Below are positions 48,530-59,300 of a stretch of 64,000 bases of DNA, in pieces (positions within the stretch are counted from its first letter, which is position 1; each line of letters opens with the position of its first letter). The stretch lies in IMG/VR virus record IMGVR_UViG_3300012667_000289, positions 7,794 to 71,793 of that record; one strand, written 5' to 3'. The position numbers and the translations under genes were made by a program. Source of the DNA: a virus. Its lineage: Duplodnaviria > Caudoviricetes. The notes under the pieces were generated by a model that was not told the DNA's origin, made no database searches, and saw only the letters and a list, made by a program, of their open reading frames with translations.

Positions 48530-49431
48530 ATTTTATTAAAAAATTCTAACCATTCTTTTGCTCTATGATTCCAAGAGTAGTAATCATTAAACCAATTACT
48601 TTGAGCTTTTATATTATAACTGGTTTCTTTGTAATGGTCAATTTCATAATTTAATGTCTGGGCAAATCTTTCTGCCAATAGATCTAAGTCATCACCGTAT
48701 TGATAGTCAACATACGTAGCCCAACTATCACATGTTTCTGGCAATGCACCTAAATTTGTTGTTACTATCTTGCATCCGGCAGCACCTGCTTCAATTGCAG
48801 CAAGGCAACTGGTTTCTTCGTAGATGCAGGGATATGCTAAAATATGACTAGATTGCAGCGCCAGACGAACTGCCTTATTCATTGCATATCCACGATATGT
48901 AATGCCCGGAGTTGTTCGACATTGATGAAATAAATGATCGTGCGTGCCAGCAAGCTGATTGCTATATCCCTTACCATAGATAATATTACTGGAAAAAACA
49001 GTAAGTTCTACATCACTTCTGTTGAGTATCTTAAATGCCTTCAACAATACTTCTAATCCGCGATTAGGTGTCGAAGTATAGATCAATTTGATTTTATCAG
49101 TAGACTTTTCTTTAAACTCAATAGGTTCAATGGCGTTTTTAATTATGTGGGTTTCACTCAGATTCGTTGCAAATCTCTGTGCAAATTGTTGTCTTTGCCA
49201 ATCGCTAACATAGACAAAATGATCAATAGCCTGTATAAAATTATTATCAGCCATTCCCTGTATTGCACCTTGATCGTAGGCAAGATGTTGCCAAATTACA
49301 TTGATTCGATTGGGATCAATATATCTAGGATCACAAACACTTAGGACAAGATTGACTGTTTTTTGCCAATCTTGTCCAGTGTATTTTAATAAATTGTTTT
49401 GAAGTATTTCAGAGCCGCCGAGTGGTCGCAT
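48517..49431 (-). CDS. GT4-like (GT-B) glycosyltransferase
   Basis: YTSTPNRGL, EETSCLAAIEAGAAG..TTNLGALPET. Confidence 0.8.
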   Translation of the reverse strand: MRPLGGSEILQNNLLKYTGQDWQKTVNLVLSVCDPRYIDPNRINVIWQHLAYDQGAIQGMADNNFIQAIDHFVYVSDWQRQQFAQRFATNLSETHIIKNAIEPIEFKEKSTDKIKLIYTSTPNRGLEVLLKAFKILNRSDVELTVFSSNIIYGKGYSNQLAGTHDHLFHQCRTTPGITYRGYAMNKAVRLALQSSHILAYPCIYEETSCLAAIEAGAAGCKIVTTNLGALPETCDSWATYVDYQYGDDLDLLAERFAQTLNYEIDHYKETSYNIKAQSNWFNDYYSWNHRAKEWLEFFNKICVK

Positions 49432-49457
49432 ATAGTAGCACAGTTAAGTGCTACTAT

Positions 49458-52400
49458 TTACTTGTTCTCTAAAGCAGTAATTCTATTCTTGAGAATTGTA
49501 TTTTCTTCTGCCAACTCTTGAATAGCACGCACTATAACTGGAACCAATCTACCAGGATCTGCCATCAATTCTTCTGGATTCGAATCGCTTGCTAGTTTTA
49601 ACCAATCATTTGCATTGTACTTGTTTGCCGTTTCTAATAGTTCCTGGGCAATAAAACCACTGTCCGGCATACCATAACGTGAATGAGATTCATCCGTATT
49701 ACGAATATTCCATGTAAATCTTACTGGTCGAATTTCTTTAAGAAAATCTAAACCCAGTGTTATAGTTTCTATATCAGTTTTATCTCTACCATCAGATAAA
49801 GATGTCCAAGTGGCACTAGGAGCACGCTGACAGGTAAATGTTGTTGTACCAAGGGTAATCTGATTACACGAAGTTGCTGTGCTCGGCTGAGATTGAAAAC
49901 CTATAACAATATTATTACATCCAGTATTGTGGAATCGGCCTGCTAAATTTCCTATATAAATGTTTTGATTTCCGCAAACAAAACTGCAACCAGAACAACA
50001 GCCGATAGCAATAGTTCCGTAACCTCCGGAAGACAACGTTATAGCACAAGCACCTATAGCAATTTGCCTGCAACCGGAATTTGCTCCAGCCATTGCGTTC
50101 ATTCCTATTGCAATATTTTGATATCCTACAGTATTAGCACACATTGCTCGGAAGCCTACAGCAATATTACCGTATCCCGTAGTGTTATTTTGCAATGTTT
50201 GGTATCCTTGAGCAAAATTACACGAACCGGTGGTATTACATCGAAGTGCATTACACCCACTAGCTATATTATTGATGCCGACAGTATTACATTGTAGAAC
50301 ACCTCCGCCTATGGCTACATTACCGCGACCACTTGTGTTAGCACTTAAAGAACATTGTCCTATTGCAATATTGTTAGAACCAGATGTGTTAGTACATAAA
50401 GCACAAAGTCCTATTGCAATATTATGGCAACCTTGTGTATTAGAGCGCAATGCTCCTTCATTGACTGCAAAGTTGAAACCACCGATAGTATTATTTCTTA
50501 ATGTAAAAGTTCCAATGCCAACGTTCGAAACTCCGACGGTATTACAGTATAGAGATTCTGCACCGAGTGCAAAGTTAAAGCTGCCGGTAGTATTTAAAGC
50601 CAGCGCACAAGCACCGATTGCAGTGTTAAAACATCCACTAGTATTACTAAGCAGCGCACAAACGCCCTGAGCAATGTTGTTACACCCTGATGTATTTGCA
50701 CCAAGGGCCTTATATCCTTGGGCGTTGTTTTGAGATCCGGTAATATTGCTACACAATGCCTGTCTGCCTATAGCAATGTTAGAAACTCCGGAAGTATTAC
50801 ATACCAATGCACTTTCTCCAGCTGCAAAGTTGAAGCTTCCGATAGTATTTTTATTTAAAGCAAGAGATCCCAAAGCAATGTTAGCACCGCCAGTTGTGTT
50901 GCATTGTAGTGCCGAACTTCCGATTGCAATATTTCCAATACCAATAGTGTTAGCACATAGTGCCCCACCGCCTACTGCAATATTTCCAGAACCGGTCACA
51001 TTGGCCTGTAATGATCTCCAACCTATAGCTATATTAAAGCAAGCCGAAGTGTTGTTATAAAGAGTGCATAACCCAATTGCAACGTTAGAACTTCCACTAG
51101 TATTACAGACTAGTGCCTTATAACCTTGGGCAACGTTATTTTCACCAATTGTGTTATTATAAAGAGCGCAATATCCTTGAGCAAAGTTATTACTACCAAT
51201 TGAGTTAGAATTAAGTGAAAACAGTCCAAAAGCAGTATTATTACAACCGGCAGTATTGCAGTATAGCGCATTTCTAGAAATAGCAAGGTTGTTGCTACCA
51301 GTAGTGTTAGCACGCAGAGCACCACACCCGATAGCAACGTTATTAACACCCCCCGTGTTGGAGAAAAGTGCACCATATCCTATAGCAACGTTGCACATCC
51401 CAGTGGTATTACAGAAAAGTGCACAGCAACCAATAGCAGTGTTGCTAATACCAGTTGTGTTGCTAGCAAGGGCACGATATCCTATGGCAATATTATTGCC
51501 GCCGGTCTGTGTAGTATTACCAGCACAGCAACCTAAACTAGAATTTCCGTTAGTAGTTGTATAACCAAATACAGTACCTAATGCAGTAGGTGTAGCTGAT
51601 GAGCCTCCGCCGCCGCCGACAAATAATGCACCATTAACATATAGTCCAATGTTATCTACTTTAATACGCTCGCAAGTACCGGCACCTAACAATAGTGTGC
51701 ATACACATCCAGCTGCTGCCGGTAATGATCCAATAATGGTGTTGTTAATACCAGTAGTAATCGAAAGGCCAGCGCCGCAACCGATAGCAATATTAAAACA
51801 GCCTACGGTGTTGGAAGAAAGTGCATTATATCCCTGTGCAATATTATGACACCCGACTGTTAGCACCCCTAAAGATTTATAACCTTGAGCAATATTGTGT
51901 CTACCACCTAAATTTGCAGGAAGAGCGCACGAACCAATTGCAATATTATAACATCCAGATGTATTGCAAGCTAGGGCACAACATCCAATGGCTGTATTTC
52001 CGTATCCGCAAGTATTACTGGTAAGACTTCGTATGCCAATTGCTATGTTACTGATTCCACATATGTTATTGCCAAGTGCAAGAGTACCAACTGCAATGTT
52101 GTCACTGCCAGCTATATTTCTAGCAAGTGTGCAAAATCCCTGTGCAAAGTTGCTGCTGCCGCAGGTATTACAGCACATTGCCTTGTATCCAATTGCAACG
52201 TTACCAGTCCCAATAGTATTGGCAGTTAGTGCAAGATAGCCTTGAGCAAAATGATCACTCCCCGTAGTGTTACGATAAAGAGCCTGAGCCCCTTGAGCAA
52301 AGTTATTAGAACCGGTGGTGTTGCATCGAAGTGCAAGACATCCGACTGCAAAATTGTTGCATCCAGTAGTATTATTTCCCAATGCATTCACTCCAGAGGC

Positions 52401-53426
52401 AAAATTGTTGCATCCAGTAGTATTTAGGCAAAGTGCATTATAACCTTGGGCAAAGTTGTTGCAGCCAGTAGTATTAATTTTAAGTGAATTACAGCCTACA
52501 GCAAAGTTATTTGCACCAGTCTGTGTTAGATTGCCAGCACAGCAACCAATTGAGACGTTTCCATTACCTGTAGTATAACCAAACACAGTGCCTAATGCAA
52601 TAGGTGTGGCTGCTGATCCGCCTCCGCCACCACTTAACAGCACGTTATTGACATATAATCCACTATTATCAACACGAATACGTTCGCAAGTGCCAGCACC
52701 AATCAATACAGTGCAGACACAGCCTGCGGCAGCAGGCAATGAGCCAATGACAGTATTGTTAACACCTGTAGTTATTAAACATCCAGAGCAGATTCCGATA
52801 GCAATATTTGCAGATCCAGTTGTATTGCAGAGCAAGGCAGCTGCTCCAAATGCAATATTACAGGAACCAATAGAATTGTTAGTTAGTGAAAATGAACCAA
52901 GTCCAATATTATAAATGCCCGAAGTATTATTTTTTAATGCTTCGTCAGATACTGCAATATTAAAATTGCCGGTACTGTTACAAAATAGCGCAAAGTATCC
53001 AATTGCAGTGTTACTGCATCCACTGATATTACATTGTAAAGAAAAATAGCCAATAGCGGTGTTGCGGCAACCTATGGTATTACTACCTAATGAAAAATAT
53101 CCTAATGCAGTGTTATTACTCCCAGTAGTATTTTTGTAAAGAGCATTACGGCCAACTGCAATGTTACTAAAACCAAATGTATTACATTGCAGTGCTGCAC
53201 ATCCAATAGCTACATTGTCAGTACCTGTTGTATTACATAATAAAGAGTTAAGTCCTATAGCAACGTTATTAAAACCAGTAGTATTCGCAATTAATGAATT
53301 GCAACCGATTGCTATGTTATTAGAACCAGTCTGTGTAAGGTTGCCCGCACATCCTCCCAAATTAACGTTTCCGGTGGTAAGAGGCGTGTTTAATTTTGCA
53401 AACGATAATTGACTAGACAGACTCAT
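49458..53426 (-). CDS. Cys-rich repeat tail fibre with C-terminal intramolecular chaperone (S74-like)
   Basis: Many N-x-A-[IV]-G-x-x-AL-x-x-NTTG repeats; C-terminal SDGRDKTDI...GFIAQE...RAIQEL. Confidence 0.85.
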   Translation of the reverse strand: MSLSSQLSFAKLNTPLTTGNVNLGGCAGNLTQTGSNNIAIGCNSLIANTTGFNNVAIGLNSLLCNTTGTDNVAIGCAALQCNTFGFSNIAVGRNALYKNTTGSNNTALGYFSLGSNTIGCRNTAIGYFSLQCNISGCSNTAIGYFALFCNSTGNFNIAVSDEALKNNTSGIYNIGLGSFSLTNNSIGSCNIAFGAAALLCNTTGSANIAIGICSGCLITTGVNNTVIGSLPAAAGCVCTVLIGAGTCERIRVDNSGLYVNNVLLSGGGGGSAATPIALGTVFGYTTGNGNVSIGCCAGNLTQTGANNFAVGCNSLKINTTGCNNFAQGYNALCLNTTGCNNFASGVNALGNNTTGCNNFAVGCLALRCNTTGSNNFAQGAQALYRNTTGSDHFAQGYLALTANTIGTGNVAIGYKAMCCNTCGSSNFAQGFCTLARNIAGSDNIAVGTLALGNNICGISNIAIGIRSLTSNTCGYGNTAIGCCALACNTSGCYNIAIGSCALPANLGGRHNIAQGYKSLGVLTVGCHNIAQGYNALSSNTVGCFNIAIGCGAGLSITTGINNTIIGSLPAAAGCVCTLLLGAGTCERIKVDNIGLYVNGALFVGGGGGSSATPTALGTVFGYTTTNGNSSLGCCAGNTTQTGGNNIAIGYRALASNTTGISNTAIGCCALFCNTTGMCNVAIGYGALFSNTGGVNNVAIGCGALRANTTGSNNLAISRNALYCNTAGCNNTAFGLFSLNSNSIGSNNFAQGYCALYNNTIGENNVAQGYKALVCNTSGSSNVAIGLCTLYNNTSACFNIAIGWRSLQANVTGSGNIAVGGGALCANTIGIGNIAIGSSALQCNTTGGANIALGSLALNKNTIGSFNFAAGESALVCNTSGVSNIAIGRQALCSNITGSQNNAQGYKALGANTSGCNNIAQGVCALLSNTSGCFNTAIGACALALNTTGSFNFALGAESLYCNTVGVSNVGIGTFTLRNNTIGGFNFAVNEGALRSNTQGCHNIAIGLCALCTNTSGSNNIAIGQCSLSANTSGRGNVAIGGGVLQCNTVGINNIASGCNALRCNTTGSCNFAQGYQTLQNNTTGYGNIAVGFRAMCANTVGYQNIAIGMNAMAGANSGCRQIAIGACAITLSSGGYGTIAIGCCSGCSFVCGNQNIYIGNLAGRFHNTGCNNIVIGFQSQPSTATSCNQITLGTTTFTCQRAPSATWTSLSDGRDKTDIETITLGLDFLKEIRPVRFTWNIRNTDESHSRYGMPDSGFIAQELLETANKYNANDWLKLASDSNPEELMADPGRLVPVIVRAIQELAEENTILKNRITALENK

Positions 53427-53463
53427 GTTTTATTCCCAATTTCATATATTTACCAGTATACGA

Positions 53464-56370
53464 TTATGCTTGCGCTTCGCCCCAACGTAGTAATACGGAT
53501 GCTGCGGAAGTGCCTGCAATGGTTCTAACGTTGATTGCTAAAATGTCAGGTCCGTTAGGATATGCACCAACACCTCCAAATGGACTGTTAGTAAGTTCTT
53601 TCAATTCAGTAAGGTCCAGTCTAGCATCGCTGTTTGGCGTAGCGGCAAACGCAAATACCTGTTCTCCCGGAACTGCAAATGTACCGGCTGTCCAAGTAAC
53701 CGCCGTTGCTACCTGTGCCAAACTTGGTTGTCCTCCTTGACTTTCTAAGTTCAATGTGTTCCAAGTTGCATTACTGAAGTTTTTAGGATTCAACACACCC
53801 TCAACAATAACAGATCCTTGAGCTGCGGCAGGAGCGTTACCGTATATCTGAATACCTACAGAGTCCAACAGTAGTTGCGAACGATTTAGCAATTCTTTAG
53901 AACCTAAGTCGCCTACCGCAGCGTTTGAAACACTTGGCGCCAACCTAATCAGGAATGCTGTTACCGCAGTAGTTCCGATTGCTAATCCAGTTCGTTGATA
54001 GTTGAAAATATATCCACGATCTTCATCAAACCCGCCGTCGCAAATTAACGCACTACCCCAGTGACTTAGTGTAGGAGTTGCTGTGTTAGACACTAGTACA
54101 ACTCCGGTTCCAACTGCGTGAGCAGCAGCAGCTCCTGCTGTTCCAGAACGGCTTGCTCCTTGAACCCATTGTGTTAATGTTGCGGCTCGAGTACATCCAG
54201 TGAATGTGGTTGTTCCACCTTTACCAGTGTAACTGATCATTTCGTTATCAATATACAATGTTCCTGCTGTTGGGAAATATGTATTATCATTAACTGTTAA
54301 AGTTGTTCCACCTGAGCCTGGATCTGCGGTCAAATATGCAGTTGCAGGGCTACCGTCGTTGTCAACACTATAACGAACAGGTAAGTTACCTGTACGCATG
54401 TGCGCTTCTGTGTTAACGTTGTTGTTTTTAATACGATGTGCAAATACCCAATTTCCGTCTCCACCACGCACCATATAATCAATAAATCCAGCACCGTACC
54501 AGGTATACTGTATTCCTACCATTTGCATCTTGCTTGCGTCGAATACAAATCCACTTGGACCAGTACCATCTATTTTATCAATGTTAAACTGACTCTGTGT
54601 AACACGAGTTTCTTGAACTAGGCTGGACTTAACTCCAGTTATGTTAGTTGTCCCTCGATAATCGGGGGTAACTGTCATTGCAGTATTGCTGGAAACTTGT
54701 GTGACATAATGTGTCATACCACGAATAACGATTTTATCACCTGCACGGACCTGCTGAGTAAATCTAGTATTAGTCCCAGTAACAGCATTAGAGTTAGAGT
54801 TAATTGCAATAGTTCCAGTTAGCTGTTGGGTAGCATTACGACGAACAATATTCAACCGTTGTCCATCAAATTCCCAGAACATACCGTTTTGATCATCAAA
54901 GCAGCCTGCACGAACAATTGCACCATGCCAAGAATTTAGTCCAACCCTGGCAGCAATATCCATAACCGCTGTAGTTGCACCTAGCGCACTAGTTGCTAAG
55001 AATGTAAATGTATAATCATCAGTAATACCGTTTACTGTATATGTTCCGTTGTATCCCGAAGTTAGCACTCCACTTAATGTTACACTGGCACCAATTTGCA
55101 ATCCGTGATCAATATCATCAACTTTACAAGTCACAGTGGAACCAACTGTTGTTCCAGATGCAGTTAATGTCTGTATATCGTAACTTGGCTTGAACATAGT
55201 ACCGGTGGACCATAACAGCCCTTTACCAGATTGATAACGGAAGTATTTTTTACTTACACGAACTACTGATGCACCAAATGTTGGAGTTTTACAAGTTAAA
55301 ATAACGCCGCCGTCAAACGGTCTATGTGTTACACTACTATTAGTCAATGCATAAAGTGTAGGGGTACCTGGAGTAACAACCGCACCTGTTCTAGCAACAA
55401 ATGTAATACTGGTTAAACTCGGAACAGTGGCTACAATGAATTGGCCCGTTGCGTTCAATGGGTTTGTACCGCCTGCCATTGAACAATAAATTGGACAGTT
55501 TGGAACTAGGCCGTGATTACTACTGAAGTTAACTGTGATAACAGTGGGGTTTGCTCCGTTACCTGATGCTGTAGTTGTGGCCAATGCTGCGCCGGTATAC
55601 AAGTTACCCTTCTTTAGCAAGGTAGTGTCAGTTTTCAAACTTTGTCCACTAGCTGTGCCAACTACACCATTGGCGAAATATCGCAAGGTAGTTGTGTTAG
55701 GAATATCATAAATGATATAGTTTCCATCTGCTCGACTGAAACCAGTAATAGCCGGATTTAAGCTAGTAACGTTAACTGCTTGACCCGCTAATAATCCATG
55801 TACCGCAGTAGTCGTAACTGTGATCAAGCTATTACTTGCACTGGTGGTTGTAAAGTCTGTGGTAATAGTATTAATAGTTAAATCAACTCCGGGAAATTCA
55901 TACACTGACGGGTAACCGCGCATTGTGCCGTATCCTGCCCACTTAGTTGGCTGTAGGCCGTATTCAAAGTCAGCGTCAATCATAGAACGCGGATTACTTA
56001 CACGCATACGTTCAATTGAGTCAGTGCCAAATGCCCAAGGACGAATTCTTACGCCATTCTCACTTTCTTCAAATAAAATCTGTAATTTATCAGCAGCCAA
56101 TTGTCCAGTTGTATTTGCTGCTAGTGTAATAATCGTATAACCGCCTTCTCTTTGACTAATTTTAGGAAAGTTAGTAGCATCATCACCGCTAGTAAACACG
56201 GCAGTAGTGCCCGAAAATGCAGCATCTGCAAAGTTGTATATGATTTGATTTTTTGATGTGTTTGTTATCAACAATAATTGTTCTAAACTGATCCTACCAG
56301 GGACTCTAATAGTTCCAGCACCTGCGCCGCCTGGTGCAAACACGTATTGTCTAACTAAATTCTTTGCCAT
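53464..56370 (-). CDS. Large beta-rich tail/baseplate-associated protein
   Basis: Thr/Gly-rich; paralogous to 61028-64000; start moved to ATG 56370. Confidence 0.75.
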   Translation of the reverse strand: MAKNLVRQYVFAPGGAGAGTIRVPGRISLEQLLLITNTSKNQIIYNFADAAFSGTTAVFTSGDDATNFPKISQREGGYTIITLAANTTGQLAADKLQILFEESENGVRIRPWAFGTDSIERMRVSNPRSMIDADFEYGLQPTKWAGYGTMRGYPSVYEFPGVDLTINTITTDFTTTSASNSLITVTTTAVHGLLAGQAVNVTSLNPAITGFSRADGNYIIYDIPNTTTLRYFANGVVGTASGQSLKTDTTLLKKGNLYTGAALATTTASGNGANPTVITVNFSSNHGLVPNCPIYCSMAGGTNPLNATGQFIVATVPSLTSITFVARTGAVVTPGTPTLYALTNSSVTHRPFDGGVILTCKTPTFGASVVRVSKKYFRYQSGKGLLWSTGTMFKPSYDIQTLTASGTTVGSTVTCKVDDIDHGLQIGASVTLSGVLTSGYNGTYTVNGITDDYTFTFLATSALGATTAVMDIAARVGLNSWHGAIVRAGCFDDQNGMFWEFDGQRLNIVRRNATQQLTGTIAINSNSNAVTGTNTRFTQQVRAGDKIVIRGMTHYVTQVSSNTAMTVTPDYRGTTNITGVKSSLVQETRVTQSQFNIDKIDGTGPSGFVFDASKMQMVGIQYTWYGAGFIDYMVRGGDGNWVFAHRIKNNNVNTEAHMRTGNLPVRYSVDNDGSPATAYLTADPGSGGTTLTVNDNTYFPTAGTLYIDNEMISYTGKGGTTTFTGCTRAATLTQWVQGASRSGTAGAAAAHAVGTGVVLVSNTATPTLSHWGSALICDGGFDEDRGYIFNYQRTGLAIGTTAVTAFLIRLAPSVSNAAVGDLGSKELLNRSQLLLDSVGIQIYGNAPAAAQGSVIVEGVLNPKNFSNATWNTLNLESQGGQPSLAQVATAVTWTAGTFAVPGEQVFAFAATPNSDARLDLTELKELTNSPFGGVGAYPNGPDILAINVRTIAGTSAASVLLRWGEAQA

Positions 56371-56398
56371 ATATTTTACCTTGTTTATTTTAAATGAG

Positions 56399-59300
56399 TT
56401 ACATTGCCATAGCAACACTCATTGCTACTGAGAAATTCTGTATGTTATTTACGGCATTAGTCGATCCGCCTGAAATAATCCTAATAATATCTCCTGTATT
56501 TCTAGCTTCGTTTACTACTACAGTAGTACCGTTTGATGCTGTGAAGTCTCCACTGCCTAAGTTGGCACCGTTAGCAAACACTTGAACAGTGCCAACAGTA
56601 TAGCCGCCAGTTACTGTGAATGTTGTTTGAGCATTTGTAGCAGTAAATTCTTGGATATTTAACGATGCACCACCGCCTCCGGTGAGTAATGTGTTGTTTA
56701 CATACAATCCACTATCGTCAACACGAATACGTTCACAAGTGCCAGCACCTAATAATAATGTGCACACACAGCCTGCGGCAGCAGGTAACGAACCGATAAC
56801 TGTGTTGTTGACACCTGTTGTGATGTTAAATCCAGCACAACATCCGATCGCTATGTTTCTATTTCCGATTGTGTTGCACCGTAATGTACCGTATCCTATT
56901 GCAACGTTATCGCGGCCAGTTATGTTTAATCCTAGTGAAAAGTAGCCAATAGCCACATTGTTCGATCCTGTAGTATTGTTGCATAGTGCGCTGCATCCAA
57001 TAGCAGTATTATTATCACCGAATGTATTTCCGCACAATGCAAAAAATCCAATTGCTGTATTGTTTACACCTGTGGTATTATTATTAAGGGCAAGATTACC
57101 AATTGCGGTATTGTGATTACCGGTGGTATTGCTGCTGAGTGTTAGACATCCTGCTGCAAAATTACTGCATCCTATAGTATTAGAACGAAGTGCACTAAAT
57201 CCTTGAGCAAAATTATTATTGCCAGTAGTGTTACTACAAAGTGCACAATATCCTTGAGCAAAATTATTATTGCCAGTAGTATTCTTATTTAATGCTAGAA
57301 CACCAACAGCAACGTTATTACATCCAGAAGTGTTGCAACCCAATGCCGCATATCCAGCAGCAAAGTTATTAGATCCCCCAGTATTACTGCACATTGCATA
57401 TGGACCTAGTGCAACGTTATAGCAACCTGCATGAGCTCCACTTAATGCACCAAGACCGACACCTACGTTATATCCGCCAGTGGCGTTAGCACACATTGCA
57501 GAATCACCAATTGCAGTGTTAGCTACTCCAGTGGTGTTATTACATAATGTACCTACACCAATTGCAACGTTGCCAGTGCCAGTTGTATTCTTTCTTAATG
57601 CAAGACTTCCTATGCCGATGTTTTGACAACCAATTGTGTTACATTGAAGTGCGTTACATCCTTGGGCAATATTGTTGGAGCCGCCAGTATTACAACGTAG
57701 TGTATTTTGTCCTATACCAATGTTATCCGAACCAGTAAGATTTCCAAGTAGTGACAGTGATCCAATTGCAGTGTTACTAACACCCCACGCATTGCATCGT
57801 AGTGCGCTACATCCAATAGCTGTGTTATTATTGCCAGTAGTATTGCCGTATAGTGCTTGGAAACCTACAGCAAAGTTATTTGCACCAGTCTGTGTTGTAT
57901 TACCGCTACAGCACCCTAAGCTGGTGTTTCCATTAGCGGTTGTATAACCTAAAACAGTTCCTAAACTTGTGGGAGTAGCGGCACTTGCCCCAGCAGTATT
58001 AACTAACGTATTATTGACATACAAACCGCTGTTATCAACACGAATACGCTCGCAAGTGCCAGCACCTAACAATAGCGTGCAAACACACCCGGCGGCTGCT
58101 GGCAAGTTTCCAATAACAGTGTTATTATTACCAGTAGTGATATTGCATCCGGCACTAAATCCAATGCCAATGTTGTTAGTTCCAGTAGTATTTCCAGCTA
58201 AGGCACACGCTCCAAAAGCAGTATTAGTACCGCCGATGTCATTATTAGTTAATGCTGCAATTCCCACAGCAGTGTTATTGCAACCAGTAGTATTAAAATA
58301 TAATGCCGAAACACCTATCGCTATATTTTGCCTTCCTGTTGTGTTTCTATAAAGTGCCGTATATCCTTGTGCAATATTGTTATTTCCAATCGTGTTGCAA
58401 TATAAAACACTGTTACCTATAGCAATATTATTACTACCAGTGGTATTGTTAAAGAGAGCTGCATTGCCTGCTGCAAAGTTATCACACCCGATAGTATTGC
58501 AAGCAAGTGAGGATCGACCTATAGCTGTATTATTATTTCCAGTAATATTGTTACATAGAGCGTTGTATCCCTGAGCAAAGTTATTACTACCAGCTGTGTT
58601 ACAAGATAATGCACGGAAGCCTATAGCTGTGTTATTACAACCAGTCCTGTTACCGGACGATGCATTATATCCTTGTGCAAAGTTATTACAACCGGTGGTA
58701 TTCAATAAAAGTGCTCGATAACCTTGAGCAAAGTTATTGTTACCACTAGTATTATTTCGAAGTGCGGCATAACCCTGGGCAAAGTTACGATTACCGGAAC
58801 AATTAAATTCAAGTGCACCGCATCCTACGGCAAAGTTATTACTACCAGTAGTATTAATTTGAAGTGCACCGCATCCTACGGCAAAGTTATTACTACCAGT
58901 AGTGTTGCAAAGCAGTGCAACAATACCGATAGCTACATTATTACTGCCGATAGTATTACTACAAAGTGCTCTATAACCTTGAGCAAAGTTATTACTACCA
59001 GTAGTGTTGCAAAGCAGTGCTCGGCATCCTACAGCAAAGTTATTTGCACCAGTCTGTGTTGTATTACCGCTACAGCACCCTAAGCTGGTGTTTCCATTAG
59101 CGGTTGTATAACCAAACACACTACCAAGTGATGTAGGAGTAGCCGGAGTATTTGCAGCACTGCTACCTACAAATCCAGTTACACCTTGAATGCCTTGTGA
59201 TCCAGTAAATCCAATTGATCCAGTAAATCCAGTTACACCTCCACTGCCTTGACTTCCAACAAATCCAGTTATACCCTGAATTCCCTGACTACCAGTAAAC

